A stretch of DNA of 64,000 nt from an uncultured Spirochaetaceae bacterium (GTDB lineage Bacteria; Myxococcota_A; UBA9160; UBA4427), in the NCBI GenBank assembly GCA_964565565.1, contig CAZMFM010000003.1, positions 37,774-101,773 on the forward strand. The letters are read 5' to 3'. How positions within the stretch are numbered: the stretch's first letter is position 1; each line of letters opens with the position of its first letter. The position numbers and the translations under genes are program-made. Positions 36,431 through 46,646 of the stretch are shown here, piece by piece. The notes beneath the pieces were generated by a model, which was given only the letters and a program-made list of their open reading frames with translations, was not told the DNA's origin and ran no database searches.

Positions 36431-39400
36431 CCTACCCCCAAGGGTTCGGCGCCGTCGACCGCGGAGGCGACGAACGTCTCCACGACGACTTCGGCCGTCG
36501 CACCCGTTCTAACGTTAGTCGCCGAGGCACCGGTCGTTGGGGCAGTCGTCGATGCGGGTCTAGTCACTGTGGCGCTAGTCCCGGGGCCAGCCGTCGCAGC
36601 AGCGGTGTCCGTCAGATCGACAGGAAGGCCATCGACGTAGACCACGTCTCGTGCACGCGTCGCGGGAATTCGATCTCCTGGCGTCAGGATGCCCACTAGA
36701 TTCAGTGGATCACTCCCACAAACACGAATCCGCTCGCCGTCACGCGGCCTGCGCCGAGTTCGCGCGAGCATTTCGAGGGCCTCGGGCATTGCGAATTGCT
36801 CACCGGTGAAGCCGGAAACGAATCGCCCACCCCGAATCGCACCCCGCGCCTCGAGTCGCCGAAAAGCCCAGACGATTTCGCGCCAGGGCAGCGCGAGATT
36901 CTCACGCGCGACGACATCACGAAAGACGATCCCCCAGCGCATCAACAACTGCTCGGCGATCGCCTCGGCCACCCTGTCTAGATCGTCGATCGCCTCGCGC
37001 TCGGGCAAAAGGGACCATCGGCCCTCTGCACTCGCGGTCGGACCAGCCGCCAGGCCGCGACGCAGCCCCCTTCGCGCGCGCTTGCCGGCAAGCGCCTTCG
37101 ATCCCTGCGTGCGCGACCCGAGCAGGGAGCGCAAGGCCTGGAACCCATCGGCGCCAACACGCCCGGCCGCCACCAGCGCCCAAAGCGCCCCTTCCACCTC
37201 GATCGGCCGTGCACCGAGAAGGGCCACCAATTCCGAATGAAAAAGCGCCCCTCGCGAGCCGAGCAGAGCCAGGATCTGCAGCCCCAACGTTTCACGCGAG
37301 GTCTCAGCCTTCTCACCCGCGGTCGCCTGCCCGGTCGTAAGCCCGGTCGTAGGCACGGTCGTAGGCACGGTCGTCTGCACCACTGTTTGCTGCTCGACCG
37401 TCGCGCGGTCGGATTCGCGACGATGGGCTTGCAAGAGCCAGGGCAAGTCTTCGCGCAGGACGAGCGAAAGCGGCGTCACACTCGAAAGCGAACCCAAACC
37501 CGTTCGGCCGGAACCAGACCCCACGCGAGTCTGGCGTTCGGCTTCCGCCGCACGCGGCGACATTTTGGTGAGGGCCGGTGTCCTCGTGTCGGGCGGCGGC
37601 TTTGCGAGCGGCCGCGCCTTAGTGACGGGCCGCGCCTTAGTGACGGGCCGCGCCTTGGTGACGGGCGGCGCGATGCGAAGCCATGAAACGGCGCCCGAGA
37701 AACAAAGCGGATCGAGCCATTCCCGCTGATAGTTTCGAACCCGCGCGGCCAACACCTCGGACTCCCAGGCCCCCGCAGCCAGATCGAAGCCCTGCAATTG
37801 TTCGATCGCTTGCGCCACGCCGGGGGCACCCTCGTATTGCGTGCCGGGCGCGACATGCTGCCAAGCGAAGAGAAAACGCATCATCTCTTGTGCCGTGACC
37901 GCTTCGACCGACGCCCTACGCCGCGTTTGCGACTCGCTATGAATCCGCGCGAGAAGTCTGCGTGCGCAGAACTCTTCTGGTCCTTCACTGGACGGTGTCG
38001 CGGACGAATTCCCCTCGAAGCGCCCCCGCAGCACGAACCCCTCCGACTCGAGCGCCGCCAGGCCGATCTCGACCAGACCCGTTCGTATCGCGATCCGCTC
38101 CGACAGAGCAAGCGCCGTCGTCGGGCCCGTCGTCTCGAGGTGTCCGCGCAAGACATGCGCGACCGCTTCATCCTCTGAAACGGCTTCCAACTCGGCGCCC
38201 CCGGCGCCGGGACTCGACACCCCGGAGCCCTCGATTCGGCCACCTAACACTGTGCATGCCGGATGAAGTGCGTCCGCCCAGGCCAAACGCTCTATCGCAG
38301 ACCAGAAACGATCCGGCGCTTCACCAGGCGCTTCACAAAAGGAGACTGCGCGTCCGGTCGCTTCGAGTTCCCGAAAGAAGCCCAGCCAACGCGCGTCTTC
38401 TCTCCAGATGCCAACGCCCAGCAAGAGATCGTGCAGTTCCTCTGCGTTGCGTGGATCAGGCCTCGCCTGCTCTCGAATCTTCGCGATCGCGCCCGAACCG
38501 AGCGCCGTCAGGTCACGTTCCTCGACCGGCAAGCCGCGGCGCATCTTGACTGCTCGAGTGCGCCTTTCTTCGAGCGGCGCATCATCGAGATAGGTAAAGG
38601 GACGCCCGTTCAGGATTTCGTGGGCCATTGGACTGGGCTCTGTCGTATCCACACAGAGGATTTCGATCGTCCCGGCCTCGATTCGCTCGAGCAGCTCGCG
38701 AAGACCCTCGACATCCATCGCATCGGTCAGACAATCGTGCATCGTCTGGCGCACCAACGGATGATCGGGAATCTCGATTGGACCGGACACGTTCTCCTGA
38801 CAAGCGGCGGCCTGTGGGAAGATGGCCGCCATGAAATCATCAGATTCCATACGCTGGATCGCCGGGGGATTCTTCTTCCCACCGCGAAAACGCAGCACAG
38901 CAAGCGAGCGATTGAGATTCCAGCGCCAACGCGCAGTAAAGAGCGGCGTCGGCAACACGGCTTGGATCAGCGTGTCCTCTAGCCCTTCCTTGCGCAAGAA
39001 TCGCGGTACGTCGGCCAATGGGAAACTGTGATGCGGCCCCAGTGACAACACCATCGCATCATCGCTGGCCGCCGCTTGCAATTCAAAGTTGAAGTTCTTG
39101 CAGAATTTCTTGCGCAGCCCGAGACAGAGCGCCCGGTTGAGTCTTGCCCCGCGTGGTGAATGAATCACCAACTGCATGCCCCCGGCGTCGTCGAAGAAGC
39201 GTTCGAGCACGAGCCTATCCCGGGTCGGCAATCCGCCGAGCGCCGCACGGGAAACGGCCAGGTAGCGCGCGATCTGAGCCGCCGCATCGGCACCGACCCC
39301 GGTCTCTTCTTCGAGCCAGCGCGCCGCCGCGGCTTCGTCTTCCTTCAAGAGAATCGTCTCGATCTCCTGGCGAAGCGCCGAGACTTCGTCCGACAATTCT

Positions 39401-41280
39401 TCCGTGCGTGCCGGCGCCTCACCCACCCAGAAGGGAATATTCGGGTTGGCACCTTCCGCATCGACGACGCGCACCTTACCCGCCTCGACGCGGCGAATGC
39501 GCCAGGTCGCGCTCCCCAGGAGAAAGACATCCCCGGGCAGACTGTCGATCGCAAAATCCTCTCCAACGGTTCCGATGAAGGTCTCGTCGGGGTCGGCCAC
39601 GACGCGGTAGTCGGCGACTTCTGGAATCGCGCCGCCCGAGGTCAAGGCGGCGAGCCGCGCGCCGCGGCGTGCACGTAACATTCCGCCGATCCGGTCGCGA
39701 TGGACGTAGGCCGCGCGACGCCCGCGGCCGGTTTCAATTCCCTCTGAGACGAGATGAACCACCTCGTCGAAGGTCTCTCGCGTCAGCCCCTCGAAGGGCG
39801 CGGCGCAACGGAACAGCTCGTAGAGCTCCTCCTCCTTCCATGGCTCGGCGGCGCAGGCGGCCACGATCTGCTGGGCCAGGATATCGAGGGGCGCTATGGG
39901 CGGAAGCAATCGATCAAGGCGCCCCTGCCTAACACCCCGCAAGAGGCCGGCGCATTCGACCAACTCATCACGCGTCATCGGGTAGAGCCGCCCCTTCGGC
40001 GTCCCGCCACGAAAATGACCCGATCGTCCGACCCGTTGCAGGAAAGTCGCCAGACTCCGCGGCGAACCGATCTGACAGACGAGCCCCACCGGCCCGACAT
40101 CAATTCCGAGTTCCAGCGAGGCGGTCGCCACCAGGGCGCGGAGTTGCCCCGCACGCAGAGCAGTCTCGACGCGAAGACGCCGGCTCCGCGAAAGGCTGCC
40201 GTGATGGGCCGCCACTTCCTCATCGCCCAATTTCTCTGCCAATTGATGGGCCAGGCGTTCGGCCATTCGCCGTGTATTGACGAAGACGAGGGTCGTCTGA
40301 TGGAGCAGGACCTGCTCCGCGATGCGATCGAGAATTTCGTCCATCTGTTCCGCGGACGACACGGCTTCGAGTTCGCTGCCCGGAAGCACGGTCTCGAGAT
40401 CGAGTTTTCGACGGTGGCCCTCATCGACGATCGTACAGCGGGGCAAGCCTTCCGCCGTCACACGCTCCGGCCCTACGCCGACCAGGAATTTCGCGACCAA
40501 CTCGATCGGGCGCTGTGTCGCGGAGAGGCCGATTCGGATCGGCACCTCATCGCATAACGCTTCGAGGCGCTCGAGACTCAGCGCGAGGTGCGATCCGCGC
40601 TTGTCCCTCGCCATCGCATGAATCTCGTCGACGATCACCGTCCGCACGGGCCGTAGGATCTCCCGCCCGCGCGCAGCCGTCAGCAATAGGTAGAGCGACT
40701 CGGGTGTGGTCACGAGAATCTGGGGCGGCTTCTTCAACATTGCGGCCCGAGCAGAGGGCTTGGTGTCTCCGCTTCGCAGGCCAATGCGAATTTCCGGAAC
40801 CGGGAGGCCCATCGATCGAGCGAGCACTTCAATCTCGGCGAGCGGTGTCGAGAGATTTTCCTGGATATCCGCGGCCAGTGCTTTCAGCGGCGAGATGTAT
40901 AGAACTTCTACGCCGGCCGGCCGCTCTGGCGGACTCGAATCGGAACGCGCGCCGGCAAGCACACCGGCGGCCACACCCGGGGCAGAACCCGGCATTCGCG
41001 GCGACCGCGATCGCGGCATTTCGGGATTCGCCTCGAGGCGAAAGGGCTCTTCGCCATCACATCCAAAACTCGCCCGGGCGCGCGAGCGGCGATAGAACTC
41101 GTCGATACAGACAAGGAAGGCGGCCAGCGTCTTGCCCGAACCGGTCGGTGCGGCGATCAGCGTGCTTTCTCGCCGGGCGATGGCCGGCCAGCCCGCGATC
41201 TGAGGCGGGGATGGGCCTTCCGGAAACCGACCTTCGAACCAACGTCGCACCGCGGGATGAAAGGAGGACAGCACGCCCAT
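36427..41280 (-). CDS. lhr: Lhr-family large ATP-dependent DEAD/DEAH helicase (1617 aa)
   Basis: FHPAVRRWFEGRF..PQIAGWPAI..LIAAPTGSGKTLAAFL.., DEIH box, ..ATSSLELGIDVG.., and DEAD-associated and Lhr C-terminal regions. Contains low-complexity insertions and tandem repeats. Confidence 0.9.
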   Translation of the reverse strand: MGVLSSFHPAVRRWFEGRFPEGPSPPQIAGWPAIARRESTLIAAPTGSGKTLAAFLVCIDEFYRRSRARASFGCDGEEPFRLEANPEMPRSRSPRMPGSAPGVAAGVLAGARSDSSPPERPAGVEVLYISPLKALAADIQENLSTPLAEIEVLARSMGLPVPEIRIGLRSGDTKPSARAAMLKKPPQILVTTPESLYLLLTAARGREILRPVRTVIVDEIHAMARDKRGSHLALSLERLEALCDEVPIRIGLSATQRPIELVAKFLVGVGPERVTAEGLPRCTIVDEGHRRKLDLETVLPGSELEAVSSAEQMDEILDRIAEQVLLHQTTLVFVNTRRMAERLAHQLAEKLGDEEVAAHHGSLSRSRRLRVETALRAGQLRALVATASLELGIDVGPVGLVCQIGSPRSLATFLQRVGRSGHFRGGTPKGRLYPMTRDELVECAGLLRGVRQGRLDRLLPPIAPLDILAQQIVAACAAEPWKEEELYELFRCAAPFEGLTRETFDEVVHLVSEGIETGRGRRAAYVHRDRIGGMLRARRGARLAALTSGGAIPEVADYRVVADPDETFIGTVGEDFAIDSLPGDVFLLGSATWRIRRVEAGKVRVVDAEGANPNIPFWVGEAPARTEELSDEVSALRQEIETILLKEDEAAAARWLEEETGVGADAAAQIARYLAVSRAALGGLPTRDRLVLERFFDDAGGMQLVIHSPRGARLNRALCLGLRKKFCKNFNFELQAAASDDAMVLSLGPHHSFPLADVPRFLRKEGLEDTLIQAVLPTPLFTARWRWNLNRSLAVLRFRGGKKNPPAIQRMESDDFMAAIFPQAAACQENVSGPIEIPDHPLVRQTMHDCLTDAMDVEGLRELLERIEAGTIEILCVDTTEPSPMAHEILNGRPFTYLDDAPLEERRTRAVKMRRGLPVEERDLTALGSGAIAKIREQARPDPRNAEELHDLLLGVGIWREDARWLGFFRELEATGRAVSFCEAPGEAPDRFWSAIERLAWADALHPACTVLGGRIEGSGVSSPGAGGAELEAVSEDEAVAHVLRGHLETTGPTTALALSERIAIRTGLVEIGLAALESEGFVLRGRFEGNSSATPSSEGPEEFCARRLLARIHSESQTRRRASVEAVTAQEMMRFLFAWQHVAPGTQYEGAPGVAQAIEQLQGFDLAAGAWESEVLAARVRNYQREWLDPLCFSGAVSWLRIAPPVTKARPVTKARPVTKARPLAKPPPDTRTPALTKMSPRAAEAERQTRVGSGSGRTGLGSLSSVTPLSLVLREDLPWLLQAHRRESDRATVEQQTVVQTTVPTTVPTTGLTTGQATAGEKAETSRETLGLQILALLGSRGALFHSELVALLGARPIEVEGALWALVAAGRVGADGFQALRSLLGSRTQGSKALAGKRARRGLRRGLAAGPTASAEGRWSLLPEREAIDDLDRVAEAIAEQLLMRWGIVFRDVVARENLALPWREIVWAFRRLEARGAIRGGRFVSGFTGEQFAMPEALEMLARTRRRPRDGERIRVCGSDPLNLVGILTPGDRIPATRARDVVYVDGLPVDLTDTAAATAGPGTSATVTRPASTTAPTTGASATNVRTGATAEVVVETFVASAVDGAEPLGVG
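37332..37379. repeat. 4 x 12-bp imperfect in-frame tandem repeat inside lhr (Thr/Val/Pro-rich)
   Basis: cggtcgtaagcc / cggtcgtaggca / cggtcgtaggca / cggtcgtctgca. The translation is ..VQTTVPTTVPTTGLTTGQ.. Confidence 0.85.
37610..37663. repeat. 3 x 18-bp in-frame tandem repeat inside lhr (encodes PVTKAR x3)
   Basis: ggccgcgccttagtgacg occurs twice, followed by ggccgcgccttggtgacg. The minus-strand translation is ..PVTKARPVTKARPVTKARPLAK.. Confidence 0.9.
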
Positions 41281-41423
41281 AGAGGCCGGCCAGACTAGCG
41301 AGACCCTCGCGAAAGCGAAAGAGAGGCGAAAAACATCCAGGCACTCGGGCGGACGTCGCGACGGGAATCAGCCGGGCGAAAGGACCCTTCCCGCTTCAGC
41401 CCAGACCTTGGCGGCGGCCCGTC

Positions 41424-42314
41424 CTATGGATGAATATTGACCGCTGCCGCGAGTGCAGCGCGCTCCTCGGCCAGCGCGATCAAGTCCGCCAGGATCTTCT
41501 CGTCCGTCCCGTCCGAAGTCCAGTATCGCTCGATCACGCGACCGTCGTGAACCAGAAAGCGGACCAGGGTGTGGTCGATCGTGCCGTCTGGCTTTCGCAC
41601 CGAACCAACGCCCCAACTCCTAATCACCTCGGCGACGTCCTTTGTCGGTCCCGTCAGAAAGGACCAATTCGAGAAATCCGCTCCCCGTGCGGACGCGTAG
41701 CGTCCGAGGACTTCCGGTCGATCGACCTCGGGGTCGAGGCTGATCGAAATGAACTGCACGTGCCGGCGAAGCGCTTCGGGAACTCGACGCTGCAAGGCGA
41801 CCTGGAGGGAAGTCTGAACGGGACAGGGCCCCGGACAACTCGTATAGATGAAATCCACCAGCAGGACCCGACCGCCGAGAGAAGCCAGACTCACGGGCCG
41901 ACCGGCTTGATCGATCAAGTCGAAGGGCGGCGCCGGACTCGTTCGCACGAGGCCATCCCCGAGCCGTTGCCAACCCGTCTCCGCTGTCGCCGTCCCCACG
42001 ACTTCGGCACTAACGACATCATAGCTTCGACCTGTGAAGTGGATCTCGAAGTCGACGATCTGCCCGGGTGCCAGCTTCTCCAACAAATCTCGATCGGGTA
42101 CGGCAAAATTCATCGTCATCGCGGGCATCAACCCCTCGACGTCTTCATGGTCGATCAAGACCTGCCCCCCCTCGGAGTTGACGTCTTCGACGACGCCGCG
42201 TGCCGCATAACGTCCAGGGCCGCCCTCCTCCTGGCTACAGGCGACAAGCCCGAGCACCATCGGCCCGATCATCGAAATGGCGACCATGAAGCGACTCAGA
42301 ATTCCCATTGCCAT
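41424..42314 (-). CDS. Lipoprotein fusion: CusF-like copper-binding domain + SCO1/SenC thiol-disulfide copper chaperone
   Basis: Lipobox LVA-C, CusF-type ..IDHEDVEGLMPAMTMNFAV.., then SCO ..LLVDFIYTSCPGPCP.. with the downstream ..DHTLV.. His. Confidence 0.8.
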   Translation of the reverse strand: MAMGILSRFMVAISMIGPMVLGLVACSQEEGGPGRYAARGVVEDVNSEGGQVLIDHEDVEGLMPAMTMNFAVPDRDLLEKLAPGQIVDFEIHFTGRSYDVVSAEVVGTATAETGWQRLGDGLVRTSPAPPFDLIDQAGRPVSLASLGGRVLLVDFIYTSCPGPCPVQTSLQVALQRRVPEALRRHVQFISISLDPEVDRPEVLGRYASARGADFSNWSFLTGPTKDVAEVIRSWGVGSVRKPDGTIDHTLVRFLVHDGRVIERYWTSDGTDEKILADLIALAEERAALAAAVNIHP

Positions 42315-43336
42315 CCCGTCGTGACCGACCAGTCCTGCTCGAGCTGCGGCCCGTCCAGGTCTTGGTAAATGGGCAGATCAAACTCAATTGAAATTCGTTG
42401 ATTGCCGAGTTGGGGGATCTCAAAGGCCAGGCCGGGACTGATCGAAAATCGAGTGCCACCGCGCGCCTTCGGATTATCGGAAGGATGTTGGATATCAGCA
42501 TTGGGAACCATGCGGCGAACCCGAATGTTGTTCTGCTTTGCCCAGCTCGTCCGCAATGACCCACTCACGCCATCCACGATCTCCACTGCGCCCCAGAATG
42601 AGGCTTCGAACCGACTCCCCACGCGATAATCGAGGCCATTTCGCCCGACGGGATGTCGTCCAAAGACCTGCCCTCCCCAGGACAATTGATCTTTGAACCC
42701 ACGGTATGTCCAGCCCCATTCGAGATCGACTGTGCCATTTCCGATCTGCGAATCAAATGCATAACGCATCGAGCCTCTGCCTCGTCGGATACTGCCCGTC
42801 GGCACATTCAACCCGAGGTGAATCTGTGAGCTCTCGTTCCCCTTGCGAATGAAGGGTACGACCATCGCGAAGCCGATATCGCCAACACCCTCTGTCTCGA
42901 CCTCGGATCGAATGCCTGTGTCGGAAACCGATTTGAGTTCCCTTTGTACGAAGGGCACCTCGGCGACCAACATGATCCTTGGATGGGGAGAGTAGGCGAG
43001 CTGAAAGGTATGGGTCTGAATCACCAGCGAACGGGGTGCCTGGTTGTAGACGACCGCGGGGAGCACCCTATTGAAGATGTCTGAGGGCGAAACGCTCTTG
43101 TCGGAAATCAATAGCCCCCTCATTCTCGTCCGCTCGTATCGATACGAAATCCGGAAGCGTTTCCCTTCGAGGAGTTCACCGAACCGAACGCCGACAGGGG
43201 GCGGTGCAGCAGCCCGCGCCGGCCGCTCGCTTGCGGGGGGCTCGTCGCTCGCGCTCTCGGTCGCAGAAGGGGTCGTCTCTTGCGACTCTCCGATCGCCGG
43301 GGACCCGGCCAGGACGAGAAAAAGCAGTGCAGACAT
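42296..43336 (-). CDS. Outer-membrane beta-barrel protein (MetA-pathway/'transporter'-like)
   Basis: Signal peptide (MSALLFLVLAGSPAIG), alternating beta-strand pattern and an aromatic C-terminus ..TTGWQWEF. Overlaps the CusF-SCO gene by 19 nt. Confidence 0.6.
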   Translation of the reverse strand: MSALLFLVLAGSPAIGESQETTPSATESASDEPPASERPARAAAPPPVGVRFGELLEGKRFRISYRYERTRMRGLLISDKSVSPSDIFNRVLPAVVYNQAPRSLVIQTHTFQLAYSPHPRIMLVAEVPFVQRELKSVSDTGIRSEVETEGVGDIGFAMVVPFIRKGNESSQIHLGLNVPTGSIRRGRGSMRYAFDSQIGNGTVDLEWGWTYRGFKDQLSWGGQVFGRHPVGRNGLDYRVGSRFEASFWGAVEIVDGVSGSLRTSWAKQNNIRVRRMVPNADIQHPSDNPKARGGTRFSISPGLAFEIPQLGNQRISIEFDLPIYQDLDGPQLEQDWSVTTGWQWEF

Positions 43337-43456
43337 GAAGGTTCGAAGGCGGCTGAATCTTGCCCGTTCGCAGGTGTCCGGGAAGACGGGTGGGCGATTT
43401 TGTTGCCGATTCACGGCGTCAAACTAGGGAAAGGGTCGATCTAGAGCAACGCATTG

Positions 43457-44281
43457 CTAGCGGGCGCCGAGCGATCGGCGAAACGCGCGTTCGAGGTCTC
43501 CAAGATCCTGGCGGTATGCCCTCCGCACCCCCCGTTCGAGACTTCTCGAGCGAATAACGGCGGAAATAAATTGGACCAGATCACGTTCGCCATGGGCCTG
43601 GACGAGGAAGTCGATGAATGCATGGGATTGCAGGTAGGCAACGCGCGCCGCCGCGGGCGTAAACGCCTGAAAACTCGGCGCTGACAATTCGACCAAGGGG
43701 TAGAGGGCTCCGGCTTGCACTGCCCTCGTGAGCGCCTTCCGCTCGCTGCTCGAAAGGCTTCGCTTACCCGCCGAACGCGCCTCGAACCACTCCGCGACCC
43801 CCTCGTTCATCCAGGCCGGCAACGAAAGTCGTGGCGCGGCCGCATCAAAGGCTGCATGAACCAGCTCGTGATGAAGAACACTGACCAGCCGGCCGGTGAC
43901 CTGCTCCTCACCTCGGATGTGAATCGCACCGCCGTAGAATCCCGCCGCCGGAAATCGAAACAATCCGGCGAACCGGGCGTCGAAAATCTGTGAATCCCAG
44001 ACGTAGACTTCGATCTTGCGTTTCGGCCGCAACGACAGCAGCGAATCGAGAAGATCGTACGCGCCCTCGAGCTGCCGGAGAACCTGCTGTTCGAAATGAC
44101 GAGAACCACGCAAGCCACCGCTCTCGTCGAGGTCGACATCCTGAAAGAGGGTGAAGTGAAACGAGTCGCGCCGCTCGAAATGGCCATCGGCGCCGGCGTC
44201 CCCGACCGCTCCCGCCAACCCGGGCGCCACCGCCAGGGCGAGAGTGAAATAGACAGCCCACTGGCCAACGAATCGACTCAT
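43457..44281 (-). CDS. Secreted MA-clan zinc metallopeptidase-like protein
   Basis: Signal peptide, HExxH (VLHHELVHAAF) and a downstream NEGVAEW third-ligand-like motif. Confidence 0.6.
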   Translation of the reverse strand: MSRFVGQWAVYFTLALAVAPGLAGAVGDAGADGHFERRDSFHFTLFQDVDLDESGGLRGSRHFEQQVLRQLEGAYDLLDSLLSLRPKRKIEVYVWDSQIFDARFAGLFRFPAAGFYGGAIHIRGEEQVTGRLVSVLHHELVHAAFDAAAPRLSLPAWMNEGVAEWFEARSAGKRSLSSSERKALTRAVQAGALYPLVELSAPSFQAFTPAAARVAYLQSHAFIDFLVQAHGERDLVQFISAVIRSRSLERGVRRAYRQDLGDLERAFRRSLGAR

Positions 44282-44416
44282 GCTCTCCTCTTCGCCTCAG
44301 CCGCGGCGCGGCAAGACACCCAGCGAGCATATCACGGGGAAGCGATTCTCAGAAGAAGGTCGCGGAGCAGGAATCAGCAGGGCCAGACGAGGGCAAGCGC
44401 CCGCCGGATCGACCGT

Positions 44417-44833
44417 TCAGGGCAGGAAAGCGCCGCTGAGCCCACCGGAGAAGAAGGTCGCGGCGCCGCGGGCTGCCACCGAGATCATCTTGTTGATGCG
44501 GCGAACTTCCTCGGCCGCGATCGCCAGCATGGTTCGCTCTCGGCCATAGGCGGGACAAAGGTCCGCCCGTCGATGCCAGAGTCGCGCAATCTGTTCGTTG
44601 GTCGCGCGTTCCCAGGTCCGATTTCCACGAGCGACGGCGAGCGGGAGGATGTTTCCTTCGAAATGGTCGATCTGCTTGGTCAGCCTTCGGCACTGCCCCC
44701 GGTAGTTGCCGGTATCACCCGCAAGCGGCGTAGTCGCCGAGGCGGGAATGGCCATGGCCAGCGCAAGGAAGACGACGACGCTCGCGCAGACGAGGCGTGT
44801 CAGGACCTTTGGCATTTCGAGGCGAAGCTTCAT
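44417..44833 (-). CDS. Small secreted hypothetical protein (two Cys)
   Basis: Signal/anchor VLTRLVCASVVVFLALAMAIPASA. No family recognised. Same strand as, and upstream of, the peptidase/OMP/SCO genes. Confidence 0.4.
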   Translation of the reverse strand: MKLRLEMPKVLTRLVCASVVVFLALAMAIPASATTPLAGDTGNYRGQCRRLTKQIDHFEGNILPLAVARGNRTWERATNEQIARLWHRRADLCPAYGRERTMLAIAAEEVRRINKMISVAARGAATFFSGGLSGAFLP

Positions 44834-44972
44834 ACAAGAAGCATCGGCCCGTCCCAATGAGACCTGAAGAAAAAGCTGCCTCCGTATTGCACGCGTCGCG
44901 TCGACACGGCGCTTGGTCCGGCTGACCCCAGGGGCAACGCAGGAAGCGCATTCAGGCAGAGCGACGCCCTCT

Positions 44973-46646
44973 CTAGAGTCGATCCGCGAGGGCCAGCGCC
45001 TGTCGTCGCGCCAGCGCCATCCCCGTCAACATCGGATTAACGGAGGGACATTGCGGAAAAATCCCGGTATCGGCGATATAGAGGTTCTCGAGATCGTGGC
45101 AGCGCCCGTCCTCGTCGACCACGCCGCGCTTTGGATCACCGTGCATCCGGGTCGTACAAAAAACGTGGTTGCCACCCATGACGAGATTCTCGGGCTTCAC
45201 CGCATCGGAAGCGAGCACCCAGGCCTGCTCGACGTTCGTCATCACGTCGGCGATGCCGTGCACACCGGGCAAGATTTTTCGGGCGCCCGCGGCGAATAAC
45301 AATTGCGCGATCACGTGCAACGAACGACGCATCGTCGCAACATCCTCGGGATGGATCTTCCAATGAAGTTTCGGCTCCAGGCTACGCCAGCGAGTCTTCA
45401 CGCTACCCGTCGAGCGATTCGCACTGACGATCGCATCCCACACGGCCATCTGGGGAATCTCTGAGAAACGTGTCTGCAACTCGGCCCCGTGCCCGGGAAA
45501 ACGCATCGAGAGAATCGGCGGCGGCGCCCAGAGCGTTTCGAGTTTGAACCCCTCATCGAGATAGGCCAGGCTCTGATAGCCCTGGGTGGCACCGAATTGT
45601 GGATCGACCGTGTCGGGGAAGACGCCGGCGATCGCCGCGCCCGGGTGGAATCGCAAATTCTCACCGACCTCACCCGAAGCGTTGGCGAGATCATCACTGT
45701 GTTTCAACAGGATCGGGGTCGCCGTACAACCCGCTGCAAGCACGACTGCCTTGGCCGTGATCTTGAAGTGATGGCTCCGGCCGCGCTCGCTGCCTCCGGA
45801 AAAAGGCGCAATCACCTGACCCGAAACGCCAGTCACGCGACGACCGCTATGACGAATCTGCTGCACCTGCACACTCGTCAAGACCCGCGCGCCCGCGCGC
45901 AGTGCGGCAGGGATATAGCTGACGTCCATGCTCTGTTTGGCGCGACTGCGACAACCGGTGAAACACTCTCCACTTCCGCGGCAACCCCTAACGTTTCGCG
46001 CGATCGGCTCGGATGAAATACCCATCGCATCACAGGCATCGCGAAAGAGCAGGTTCCGGCGGCCTTGAACATTTTCGGGTGTCGGCGCGATGCCCAGAAA
46101 TTCAGAGACAGCATCGAAGTGCGGATCGAGGTTCGCGCGATCCGTACGCTCGAGATCGTATTCCGTCGCCCAACGGTCGAAGACCGAATCCGGCGGCCGG
46201 ACACAGATGGCCGAGTTGACGAGCGAGCCGCCGCCTAGGGCGATCGCCTGCATCGTCGGCATGATCGTACCGCTCGTCATGCGCAGGCCACCCTCTCGCA
46301 TCGTCCGGGTCATCGAGAAACTTCCGTCGAGTTCGAGGTCACGCACCGTAAAGGGCGGCCCCTCTTCGAGCAGAATCACATCATGTCCGGCCGCCGCGAG
46401 TTCATAGGCCGCCACTGCGCCGCAGGGCCCTGAGCCGACGACCACGACATCCGCTTCTTCTTCGAAGGATGAATCGTATTGGGCGAAGACCCGAACACGC
46501 TCACGTGCCGCAACGAGCCAGTCCTGCGAGTTCGAAGAGTCCGCCGAATCGCCCGCCGAGGCCGACGGCGAAACATCCGCCGTCCGATCAGGGCTCGACG
46601 AAATCTGGTCCTTCGATCGCGCGTCTTGTCGCGTGTTCCCGGTCAT
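44973..46646 (-). CDS. GMC family FAD-dependent oxidoreductase
   Basis: VVVVGSGPCGAVAAYELAAAGHDVILLEEG.. FAD motif and a GMC C-terminal domain (..HVFCTTRMHGDP..DLENLYIADTGIFP..). Confidence 0.85.
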   Translation of the reverse strand: MTGNTRQDARSKDQISSSPDRTADVSPSASAGDSADSSNSQDWLVAARERVRVFAQYDSSFEEEADVVVVGSGPCGAVAAYELAAAGHDVILLEEGPPFTVRDLELDGSFSMTRTMREGGLRMTSGTIMPTMQAIALGGGSLVNSAICVRPPDSVFDRWATEYDLERTDRANLDPHFDAVSEFLGIAPTPENVQGRRNLLFRDACDAMGISSEPIARNVRGCRGSGECFTGCRSRAKQSMDVSYIPAALRAGARVLTSVQVQQIRHSGRRVTGVSGQVIAPFSGGSERGRSHHFKITAKAVVLAAGCTATPILLKHSDDLANASGEVGENLRFHPGAAIAGVFPDTVDPQFGATQGYQSLAYLDEGFKLETLWAPPPILSMRFPGHGAELQTRFSEIPQMAVWDAIVSANRSTGSVKTRWRSLEPKLHWKIHPEDVATMRRSLHVIAQLLFAAGARKILPGVHGIADVMTNVEQAWVLASDAVKPENLVMGGNHVFCTTRMHGDPKRGVVDEDGRCHDLENLYIADTGIFPQCPSVNPMLTGMALARRQALALADRL

